A stretch of DNA of 24,904 bases, taken from Omnitrophica bacterium RIFCSPLOWO2_12_FULL_50_11 (GTDB lineage Bacteria; Omnitrophota; Omnitrophia; Omnitrophales; Danuiimicrobiaceae). The position numbers were made by a program, and so were the translations under genes. The number at the start of each line of letters is the position of its first letter. The stretch's first letter is position 1. Shown one piece after another: positions 17,238 through 24,473 of this stretch. Below the pieces are notes generated by a model that did no database searches, was not told the origin of the DNA, and was given only the letters and a program-made list of their open reading frames with translations. Location: NCBI GenBank assembly GCA_001804315.1, contig MHFT01000010.1:1-24904 (forward strand), in the 5' to 3' direction.

Positions 17238-17825
17238 ATGAAGAAAATATGGTCATGCGGTTTGCTGATACTGTTAGTGGGATGTTCGGTTCAAAATCCA
17301 AAGGACACCGAACGGGCTATGGCAGTCGCAAGCGAGTTTATAACACTGCTTTATCAATCCAATGACAATGTAAGTCGAGCATTCGCTTTAACATCAAACA
17401 ATTATCAAGTGGTTTCAAATGAAGGAATGACCCGAACGCTGCGGGATGTCGCAGGCGAAATTGTCGGAAATTATCAAAGACACGATCAAGGTACCGATGT
17501 GACTCGTTTGCTCGCACCCGATGCACCTTCCAATGGAAGAGTTATACGGTTTAACGTTGCTTATGAAAACGACCCTGAAGGCCAGCTATTGGTTACCATG
17601 ATAAAAGAAGGCGGTGTGTGGAAGGTCATGGGCTTCAATATCAACTCTCCAAAAATTGCTGGCCTTCAGGGTGACCCTGAAGGCCAGCTATTGGTTACCA
17701 TGATAAAAGAAGGCGGTGTGTGGAAGGTCATGGGCTTCAATATCAACTCTCCAAAAATTGCTGAGAGCCAAGCACGAGGAACGCTGCAACAACCTCCTGG
17801 TGGCAACCCGACGACGGCAACGTAA
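17238..17825 (+). CDS. Lipoprotein (signal peptide MKKIWSCGLLILLVGC with lipobox) with an NTF2/DUF4878-like fold and an internal perfect tandem duplication
   Basis: ATG at 17238 is preceded by a -10-like GATAAT 6 nt upstream. It has a lipobox LVGC. The ORF-track 5' extension to 16962 lacks coding signal. Confidence 0.65.
   Translation: MKKIWSCGLLILLVGCSVQNPKDTERAMAVASEFITLLYQSNDNVSRAFALTSNNYQVVSNEGMTRTLRDVAGEIVGNYQRHDQGTDVTRLLAPDAPSNGRVIRFNVAYENDPEGQLLVTMIKEGGVWKVMGFNINSPKIAGLQGDPEGQLLVTMIKEGGVWKVMGFNINSPKIAESQARGTLQQPPGGNPTTAT
17571..17763 (+). repeat. In-frame tandem duplication, period 102 bp (34 aa), two units 100% identical over 91 nt
   Basis: gaccctgaaggccagctattggttaccatgataaaagaaggcggtgtgtggaaggtcatgggcttcaatatcaactctccaaaaattgctg occurs at 17571-17661 and again at 17673-17763. 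It encodes DPEGQLLVTMIKEGGVWKVMGFNINSPKIA twice. Confidence 0.95.
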
Positions 17826-18142
17826 TCCAGAGAAACCGCGAAAGGAATCCTTTGGTCAATAAAGTTGCCTTAACTTTCAGGAACCTGACCCCAAACTGTC
17901 CGTTCCATTTACCATAACCCAATTATCGGAAATAAGTTTTCCCTGTAAATATTGGTCTCGAATGAACGGTATTTTTTAAAAAAACAGAAAAGATGCTGAC
18001 CTGGTTACGCAATCAGATGAAACAAGGGACTTATCAAAATTCAGCCGTTCTTCCTGATTTATCCGAAGAGGAGATACCGCAAAGAGGAGTAAGTCACTCT
18101 CGGCAATTTGAAGAACAACATCAAACGAAGGAGGATTTTCAA

Positions 18143-19006
18143 ATGATCAATTATATCTCGGGACTTGTCTTTACGATTTTGTTCGTCATTGGCGGAGCCA
18201 TTGCGTGGAACATTTACCTGGCTGATCCGACGCTCGCCGTTTGGTTTTCAATTGTTTGGTTCGTCGGAGATGTCATTATCGCACAAGCCATTCAACTGGC
18301 AGCGCAGTGGGAAAAAGGGGTTATCTTCCGGCTTGGCAAGTTCTCAAGCGTTAAAGGCCCAGGTATTTTCTTGATTATCCCCATCATCGATCAAGTCAAA
18401 ATGGTGGACCTCAGAATCCTCGCCATGGATATTCCGGCTCAACAAGTGATCACCAGGGACAACGTCCCCGTAAAAATAAACGGCGTCCTCTTTTTCAAAG
18501 TTCAAAACGCAGCCGACGCGATCATCAAAGTTCAAGATTATCGCTACGCCATCGGCCAATATGCGCAAACCTCGCTTCGTGATGTGATCGGACAGATGAC
18601 CCTCGATCAATTATTGGTAGAACGCGAAGAAATCGGAAAAAGCATTGAATCCAATGTGGAGAAAGACACACGTGATTGGGGACTGGAAGTAACGGGCATT
18701 CGAATGCAAGACGTCGACATGCCTGAAGAGCTTAAAAAAATGATGTCACGCCAAGCGTCAGCGGAACGCGAAAAACGAGCCACCATTACAAAAGCCGAAG
18801 GCGACAGAGAGGCCGCGATCAATCTTGCGGTGGCCGCGAGAACCATGACAGAGAGCCCCGGTGCGATGCAGTTGAGAACCCTTCAAACTGTTGACGGCCT
18901 TGGTCCTACCGCATCCAATACGGTCGTTCTTGCCGTTCCCGTAAACATCATGGAAGCAGTTGATCAGTTAACTCAAGCCTTAAAAACTAAAAACCAGAAA
19001 TCTTAA
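18143..19006 (+). CDS. SPFH/band-7 (stomatin/flotillin-like) membrane protein
   Basis: N-terminal TM, then an SPFH core (IFRLGKF...IPIIDQV...DVPVKINGVLFFKVQNA...) and a coiled-coil tail. ATG at 18143 has a strong SD AAGGAGGA 8 nt upstream. The ORF-track extension to 17993 is unlikely. Confidence 0.85.
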   Translation: MINYISGLVFTILFVIGGAIAWNIYLADPTLAVWFSIVWFVGDVIIAQAIQLAAQWEKGVIFRLGKFSSVKGPGIFLIIPIIDQVKMVDLRILAMDIPAQQVITRDNVPVKINGVLFFKVQNAADAIIKVQDYRYAIGQYAQTSLRDVIGQMTLDQLLVEREEIGKSIESNVEKDTRDWGLEVTGIRMQDVDMPEELKKMMSRQASAEREKRATITKAEGDREAAINLAVAARTMTESPGAMQLRTLQTVDGLGPTASNTVVLAVPVNIMEAVDQLTQALKTKNQKS

Positions 19007-19035
19007 AACTTGGACTGGGTAACCAAGGGTAAGTC

Positions 19036-19425
19036 GTGAAAAAAACAATTCTAGGGGCGATAATTGCTCTTTCAACTGCTTTGGCGATTGAATTGCCTCT
19101 CATGTTCAATTTAGAATTCACGCCTTTGCGCATCGTTAGAAATGTCGTCATGTATATTCCTCAATTTTTTGCCACCATGATTCATCTTTGGACGTTTTTC
19201 GGCATCAGTCCGAAGGCGTTTCACACGCTTACCCCAATCATGCAAACCCCATTTAACCTTTTCTTCTGGACTCTGATAGGAGGTGCAATAGGAAAGTGGA
19301 TGACAACGAAGCGTAACGCTTTGGTTTTCTTTTTAGTGGCTCTTCCGGTATGCTTTCTTGCAATGCTCATCTTTACAGTGGTTGTAAGTTTTGTTGTTAT
19401 TTATTCAGTGAAAGGCCGAGTCTAA
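19036..19425 (+). CDS. Small polytopic membrane protein (about 4 TM), unknown function
   Basis: GTG start. Strongly hydrophobic throughout. It lies 30 bp downstream of the SPFH gene and is AT-rich like its neighbours. Confidence 0.55.
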   Translation: MKKTILGAIIALSTALAIELPLMFNLEFTPLRIVRNVVMYIPQFFATMIHLWTFFGISPKAFHTLTPIMQTPFNLFFWTLIGGAIGKWMTTKRNALVFFLVALPVCFLAMLIFTVVVSFVVIYSVKGRV

Positions 19426-19578
19426 CCTTAATCGTCGATCGACATTCGCTCATTTGAATTTCTTCCAAGCGCTTCTTGCTATCCTATTGTGGATCGTGAT
19501 ATGGATTGGTTCCTACCTGGCTTTGATCGGTTCACTCCTCTTGGTTGCTAAATCCTTTGCTTGAGTAGGGCAAAAACA

Positions 19579-20097
19579 ATGGATGAATTCTTGACAAGCA
19601 ATTGGCAATTTGAATCTGAACTTTTGACTGAAAAACCAAGACCTGTATCCTATCGATTGTTTTTTTACAATAATTTCGAGGACTACTTCCTGCTTGGTGC
19701 GACCGGTTTCATGAGTTTGCTTTTAGGTTGGTTTGTCGTCACACATGTAAGGCTTGATTCCTTTCTGATCTTTCTGTTATTTGTCCTGCCTTTTCTCTAC
19801 TTGATCTTTTCTATAAGAAAGGAATTATCGATTCATAAGTATTTAACAGCACAGGGAGACCCGATTTGTGGTAAGGTCGAAAAGTATAGTTTATTTCGTT
19901 GGAGTGCCAGAAAGCATCGCCTACAACCCTTTGTCAGCTATGAATATCAAGGCAGGCATTATTTTGAGAAGGTGGTCGGTACCACCGCGTGGTGGTCAGG
20001 CGTCACAAAAGGACGCAATATCACCCTTTTAGTGGATCCTAATAATCCTCACATTTGTGCCATCTATGTTTCCATGCGCTATAAAGCCAAAAAGTGA
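19579..20097 (+). CDS. Membrane protein, DUF3592-like
   Basis: Two TM segments, then a beta-rich domain ending ...GRNITLLVDPNNPHICAIY, resembling DUF3592 C-termini. The start is ATG 19579 or TTG 19561. Confidence 0.55.
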   Translation: MDEFLTSNWQFESELLTEKPRPVSYRLFFYNNFEDYFLLGATGFMSLLLGWFVVTHVRLDSFLIFLLFVLPFLYLIFSIRKELSIHKYLTAQGDPICGKVEKYSLFRWSARKHRLQPFVSYEYQGRHYFEKVVGTTAWWSGVTKGRNITLLVDPNNPHICAIYVSMRYKAKK

Positions 20098-20876
20098 CCT
20101 CCGCAAAAACGATCACGAAATTCGTTTTGGCGTCAAGTTTGGGCTTGTGGCTAATCAGCTTTTTTCAAAAAGACCGTTTTCCGGATAAATCGGCCATTTT
20201 GCCAGAACTTTCTCGCCCACCCATTCAAACTGAAACTGATGCCCAGCCGTTTGAAATTCAGCGAAGAGGTGTGACCTATCGAGTCACGCCGATGCACGAC
20301 TATGAATTATATGGCATGGTGGTTTCTGAGAATGACTTCCGAGATTTTTGGGAAAAAGTACACGAGGATCTGAAAGATCATATCAACGTAAAGGATTTGT
20401 GCGTCATTTGGGGTCCGAATGTTGAATCTGGAATCTATCAGAAACTAGAATTCAGCTCAGGCGAATGGACTTGTTATTATGAGTGGAAGACGGGATCTGA
20501 CCGCGAATCTTGGGCTCAGTTTCAACCCAACGCGCTTTCCAACAACCATTTGCTTTCAGACAAAAGTGAGATTCTGGCGAAGACCGCACTAGCGAAACGA
20601 GGAGACCAAATTCATTTTAAAGGTCATTTAGTTAAGTACAGTTCAAATTTCATGAAGGCACCAAGGATTTCAAGTACCGTTAGAGAAGACAACGGTTGCG
20701 AAGTCGTCTATTTGACCCAGCTTGAAATACTCAAGAAGGCGAATCGTTTCTGGAGGTCTCTATTTTCATTGTCTGGTCGCGTGGCGTTGGTTTGTATCAT
20801 TCTGTTTATGAGCCACTTTCTTATCGAAATTGGCAAGGTCGTAAAGCACGAAGGGCGGAAGCAAAATGGGGACTGA
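20094..20876 (+). CDS. Hypothetical membrane-anchored protein (N- and C-terminal TM segments)
   Basis: GTG start overlapping the upstream stop (GTGA). No family recognised. Same AT-rich composition as the island. Confidence 0.5.
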   Translation: MTSAKTITKFVLASSLGLWLISFFQKDRFPDKSAILPELSRPPIQTETDAQPFEIQRRGVTYRVTPMHDYELYGMVVSENDFRDFWEKVHEDLKDHINVKDLCVIWGPNVESGIYQKLEFSSGEWTCYYEWKTGSDRESWAQFQPNALSNNHLLSDKSEILAKTALAKRGDQIHFKGHLVKYSSNFMKAPRISSTVREDNGCEVVYLTQLEILKKANRFWRSLFSLSGRVALVCIILFMSHFLIEIGKVVKHEGRKQNGD

Positions 20877-20880
20877 TAGG

Positions 20881-20916
20881 CAATTTTCGGAGCGCTCCGA
20901 AAATTGTGTTATTTTG
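20881..20916 (+). terminator. Candidate intrinsic terminator of the island operon: perfect 26-bp palindrome CAATTTTCGGAGC/GCTCCGAAAATTG followed by TGTTATTTTG
   Basis: It begins 5 nt after the stop at 20876. Stem plus T-rich tract. Confidence 0.5.
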
Positions 20917-21098
20917 ATACACCCTCAAAGCATCGTAAGGGTAAGTCTTATCATAAGATAGATCGTGAGCGAGCTTCAGAATGACCTTTTCTCCGTAGGG
21001 TGCGCGCACAGCCCTGAAAAAGGAAAAGGGAAGATGTCATGCCACCTTTTTGTGCCGTTTCGGTACCGCTGGTGAAGGGACAATCAAAGAATCAATGG

Positions 21099-21166
21099 CA
21101 CGTGCGGCGGAGGGCCGCGTCATTCCTTCCAGGCGGGCCAGGACTTCAAGCGGCGTATTTCGGAAC
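21099..21166. repeat. Direct repeat copy S1: a diverged duplicate (about 90% identical over 68 bp) of the uvrC 3' coding end found at 22598-22665
   Basis: CACGTGCGGCGGAGGGCCGCGTCATTCCTTCCAGGCGGGCCAGGACTTCAAGCGGCGTATTTCGGAAC versus CACGTGAGGCTGAAGGCCGCGTCATCCCTTTCAAGCGGGCAAGGACTTCAAGCGGCGTATTTCGGAGC. S1 still translates on the minus strand as RNTPLEVLARLEGMTRPSAAR but has no upstream ORF. Confidence 0.85.
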
Positions 21167-21177
21167 CCCCTAAAAAG

Positions 21178-21206
21178 TTGACATAGGTTATTCTACCGCG
21201 TAAAAT
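21178..21206 (+). promoter_or_regulatory. Sigma70-type promoter TTGACA - 17 nt - TAAAAT ending 6 nt before the ATG at 21213 (leaderless transcript predicted)
   Basis: TTGACA 21178-21183, TAAAAT 21201-21206. There is no room for an SD. Confidence 0.65.
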
Positions 21207-21212
21207 AACCTC

Positions 21213-22364
21213 ATGCTTATGATTCCCCGAGGGCTCGGTCCACTCCTGGCCAAGTCGAAGCGGAGCCTCTTACTCCTTGGCCCGCGACAGACAGGAAAAT
21301 CGACTCTGATTCAAAGCCTCAAACCCGAGCTTACGATCAATTTGGCCCACGAGCCGACCTACTTGGAATTCTCCCGAAACCCGCGAGAGCTTGAGGAGCG
21401 CCTCGCCGCCCGCCCTTACAGAACCGTCTTTGTGGATGAGGTTCAGCGCCTCCCGAGCCTTCTCAACACCCTCCAAGCGATCCTCGATGAGCAAGGACAG
21501 CAGATGAAGTTCTACATGACCGGTTCAAGCGCAAGGAAACTCAAACGGGGCGGGGCCAATTTGCTGCCCGGACGCATCCACACCTATCTCCTTGGACCGT
21601 TAACGGCCCGAGAAATGGGCTACAAGATGAAAACCCAGGAGGCCCTTTCCACAGGGACGCTTCCTGGAATTTGGACCGAACCGCATCGGCAGGAGAAGGA
21701 AAAAGTTTTACGCTCTTACGCAGCCGTTTACCTCAAGGAGGAGATCCAGGCCGAGGCCCTCACCCGGGCGGTGGAGGGGTTTTCGCGCTTCCTCTTTGTG
21801 GCCGCGGCTGAGGCGGGAAAGTTCCTGGACCTTTCCAAGCTCGCTTCCCAGGCTGCGATCCCGCGGCAATCGGCCGTGCGGTATTTTGAGATCCTCGAAG
21901 ACACGCTCCTCGTGCGCCGTTCGGAACCGTTCAGCCGCTCCGAAAGAAGGCGGCTCATTCAAAGCCCCCGATTTTTCTTTTTCGACACCGGGGTGCTGAA
22001 TGGCCTTTTGGAAAATTTTTCGCCCTCGCCTGACAGGATCGGGATGCTCTTTGAACACCTTGTCTTTAATCAAATCGTTCATAGCGCTGCCGCTCAAGAC
22101 ATGCCCGTGCGCCTCGCCTCCTACCGAACCGAGCATGGGGCAGAAGTGGATTTCATCCTGGAATGGAAGGGGGAAGTTTGGGCTGTCGAAGTAAAGGCCT
22201 CCTCCCAGATTCGAACTTCCGATTTAAGGGGCTTGGCGAGCTTTGCCGACTACTACAAAAAGAGACACCGCCCGGTAGTGGTTTATTTAGGGTCTGCCTT
22301 GAAAAGAGTCGGAAAAATTGACGTCTTCCCCTGGCTCGATTTCCTCAAGGAGGCCAGTCTTTAA
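21213..22364 (+). CDS. AAA-family ATPase of the COG1373/DUF4143 type
   Basis: Walker A LLLGPRQTGKSTL, Walker B VFVDEVQ, and the C-terminal DUF4143-like region (FEHLVFNQIV...WAVEVK). Confidence 0.88.
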   Translation: MLMIPRGLGPLLAKSKRSLLLLGPRQTGKSTLIQSLKPELTINLAHEPTYLEFSRNPRELEERLAARPYRTVFVDEVQRLPSLLNTLQAILDEQGQQMKFYMTGSSARKLKRGGANLLPGRIHTYLLGPLTAREMGYKMKTQEALSTGTLPGIWTEPHRQEKEKVLRSYAAVYLKEEIQAEALTRAVEGFSRFLFVAAAEAGKFLDLSKLASQAAIPRQSAVRYFEILEDTLLVRRSEPFSRSERRRLIQSPRFFFFDTGVLNGLLENFSPSPDRIGMLFEHLVFNQIVHSAAAQDMPVRLASYRTEHGAEVDFILEWKGEVWAVEVKASSQIRTSDLRGLASFADYYKKRHRPVVVYLGSALKRVGKIDVFPWLDFLKEASL

Positions 22365-22382
22365 AGTTCTTCCCATAAATAT

Positions 22383-22471
22383 CTGAGGGCCGAAGGCCAG
22401 AAGGATCTCTGAGATCCTTCGCTCCGCTCAGGATGACCCCTCGGGGGAGTTTTTCAGTCTTCCCGAGGAGT
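22383..22471. repeat. Interspersed hairpin element R4: a truncated copy of R1 in inverted orientation (…GAAGGATCTCTGAGATCCTTCGCTCCGCTCAGGATGACCCCTCGGGGGAGTTTTTCAGTCTTCCCGAGGAGTC)
   Basis: Its reverse complement aligns with the R1 core and left TIR. It starts 19 nt after the ATPase stop. Confidence 0.65.
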
Positions 22472-22571
22472 CAACTCAAATATTAAAACTAAGAACCAAA
22501 AGCCTTCAACACAGAAAGGTGCCACGTGCCTTCGTTTTTAGATGATACACAAAAGCCTGAATCCGTTTCGA

Positions 22572-24014
22572 CTAAGCTCGACGCAAAAACTCAAGGACAC
22601 GTGAGGCTGAAGGCCGCGTCATCCCTTTCAAGCGGGCAAGGACTTCAAGCGGCGTATTTCGGAGCTCTTCGAGCGAGGCAAAGGACTGAAGCAAGATTTT
22701 CTTCCGTTTTTCACCGATGCCCTCGATGCGGTCAAGAAGAGAACGCGTGAGCTGCTTTTCTTTAAGCCGCCGGTGGTACGTAATCGCAAATCGGTGCGCT
22801 TCATCACGGATCTTCTGAAGAAGCCTGAGGGCTGCCGAGTTCGGCTCGAGCGCAACGGGCACATTCGATTTCGGCGAATGAACCAGTTCGAACCGCTTGG
22901 CAAGCGAAATGACCTCCACGTCCGAACAATCCTCCGATTTGAGCACCTCGTGCGCTCGATTTAAATGCCCGCGGCCGCCGTCAATCATGATTAAGTCCGG
23001 AAGCGCACTTTCTCTGCCTTCCTTCACACCCACAATCATCCGCCGAACCGCTTCGCAAATCATCGCATAGTCATCGATGCCGGTAACCCCTTTAATTTTG
23101 TATCGGCGGTACTCAAGTTTATGGGTAAGCTCACGGAAGAAACATACTTTCGAGGCCACCGCTTCGTCTCCCTGAATATTGGAAACGTCGAAACAAATAA
23201 TTTTTTCCGGCAGTCGATCAAGCTTCAACGCTTGTTTCAATTCCAAGGTCCCGCGCAGGCCGATTCCGCCTTCTGGGCGTCTCAGATCAAATCGCTTCTT
23301 TCGAAACCATCCAAGCGCTTCAATCTGCTCTTTAAAAAATTGAGCATCTTCAAAGCGGTATTCCAATGCAGCCTGTTTCATCTTCTCCGCAATGTAATCG
23401 ATTAAGCTCTGCCGCCCGCCGCTTAAAAACTCTTTCATGTGCTTGACGAGCGAATCGTATTCGGGTTTCACTGCCGGTTTAATGCACGGCGCGATGCATT
23501 GGCCGATGTGATAATAAAGACAGGCCCGTTTCGGAAGCGTCCGGCATTTCCGAATCGGAAAGATGCTGTTGAACACACGCACAACTTCGCGAAGGAGCTT
23601 CGCGTCTGTGTAAGGACCGTAATAAGCAGCTTTCCTATCTTTTCGATTGCGCGTGACGAGCAAGCGTGGAAACTCGTCCCCCGTAAGCTTGAGCAGTGGG
23701 TAACTCTTGTCATCTCGCAGCTGCGTGTTGTAGCGCGGATGGTGTTTCCGCACAAGCTGGGCCTCAAGCAAAAGTGCATCCATTTCCGTCTGAGTTTCAA
23801 TCGTCTCGACATCAACGATTCGCCCGAGCAGGACTTCGATTTTTGGTGAGACACCCCGATTCTTGAGGTACGACCGGACGCGCTTCCTTAAATTGCCAGC
23901 TTTTCCAATGTAGAGGAGCCCTCCTCCTTTGCCCTTAAACAGATAAACACCGGATGTTTGCGGAAGCGCTTCAATTTTTTCCCGAAGACGATCACGAGCG
24001 TCAGAATTTGACAT
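22572..24014 (-). CDS. uvrC: Excinuclease ABC subunit C (GIY-YIG, UVR, RNase H-like, C-terminal HhH)
   Basis: GVYLFKGKGGGLLYIGKAGNLRKRVRSY (GIY-YIG), UVR helix ...RFEDAQFFKEQIEAL, and C-terminal IEGIGEKRKKILLQSFASLEELRNTPLEVLARLKGMTRPSASRVLEFL. SD GAGGAA lies 5 nt upstream. Confidence 0.9.
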   Translation of the reverse strand: MSNSDARDRLREKIEALPQTSGVYLFKGKGGGLLYIGKAGNLRKRVRSYLKNRGVSPKIEVLLGRIVDVETIETQTEMDALLLEAQLVRKHHPRYNTQLRDDKSYPLLKLTGDEFPRLLVTRNRKDRKAAYYGPYTDAKLLREVVRVFNSIFPIRKCRTLPKRACLYYHIGQCIAPCIKPAVKPEYDSLVKHMKEFLSGGRQSLIDYIAEKMKQAALEYRFEDAQFFKEQIEALGWFRKKRFDLRRPEGGIGLRGTLELKQALKLDRLPEKIICFDVSNIQGDEAVASKVCFFRELTHKLEYRRYKIKGVTGIDDYAMICEAVRRMIVGVKEGRESALPDLIMIDGGRGHLNRAHEVLKSEDCSDVEVISLAKRFELVHSPKSNVPVALEPNSAALRLLQKIRDEAHRFAITYHRRLKEKQLTRSLLDRIEGIGEKRKKILLQSFASLEELRNTPLEVLARLKGMTRPSASRVLEFLRRA

Positions 24015-24129
24015 GGTTTTCCTCGTGTGTTACCTTATGCGGCCGTACATCACGGTCACATGAGTACCAGGTTACGGAAAGGACCCGGTACGAGTGTCTT
24101 TAGTGTAACAAAAAGGAGTGCAATTTCGA

Positions 24130-24399
24130 ATGCCGAATACACGGTCCGCTGCTAAACGCATGAGAAGTAATGAGTGGAGGCACGCACAGAATCTGGGCGT
24201 GCGTTCCGAGTTGGAGACACGGTGGAAGAAATTGGTAGCACTCAGTCAGAAGAAAGGTGAACCGAATGACGGGGGACTAAAGGAACGGGCTCGAATCCTC
24301 GTTTCCAAATTGGACAAAGCCGCTGTTCACGGTGTCATCCCCTACGGACGCGCCGATCGAAAAAAAGCCCGCATCGCAAAACTGCTGAGTAAAAAATAA
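24130..24399 (+). CDS. rpsT: 30S ribosomal protein S20
   Basis: MPNTRSAAKRMRSNEWRHAQN... matches the S20 N-terminus. SD AAAGGAG is upstream. The GTG at 24118 overlaps the SD, so ATG 24130 is preferred. Confidence 0.88.
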   Translation: MPNTRSAAKRMRSNEWRHAQNLGVRSELETRWKKLVALSQKKGEPNDGGLKERARILVSKLDKAAVHGVIPYGRADRKKARIAKLLSKK

Positions 24400-24404
24400 C
24401 CACG

Positions 24405-24437
24405 CCAAAACTGTAGGGGCGCCCCTTGTGGGCGCCC
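24405..24437 (-). terminator. GC hairpin (GGGCGCCC-CTTGT-GGGCGCCC) between convergent rpsT and holA. The U-tract is on the minus strand, so this is a likely holA terminator and possibly bidirectional.
   Basis: 8-bp all-GC stem at 24417-24437. The minus-strand flank is UACAGUUUUGG. Confidence 0.45.
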
Positions 24438-24473
24438 GAGATGACAGCGAACGGACGCGCACAAGGCCCGCCC

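Noticed and set aside
19480-19560. Tiny hydrophobic ORF (TTG-initiated, about 26 aa, MWIVIWIGSYLALIGSLLLVAKSFA) between the 4-TM protein gene and the DUF3592 gene
   Set aside because: There is no SD, the start is non-ATG, and the length is at noise level. It might be a real small membrane peptide, but the sequence alone cannot support it.
20821-21009. 62-aa minus-strand ORF in the island-to-cassette spacer. The same applies to the 133-aa minus-strand ORF at 9264-9665.
   Set aside because: Neither has a recognisable family or an RBS. One overlaps the terminator palindrome. The other runs antisense through the hairpin cluster and the 3' end of the DUF5329-like gene. Both are probably spurious.
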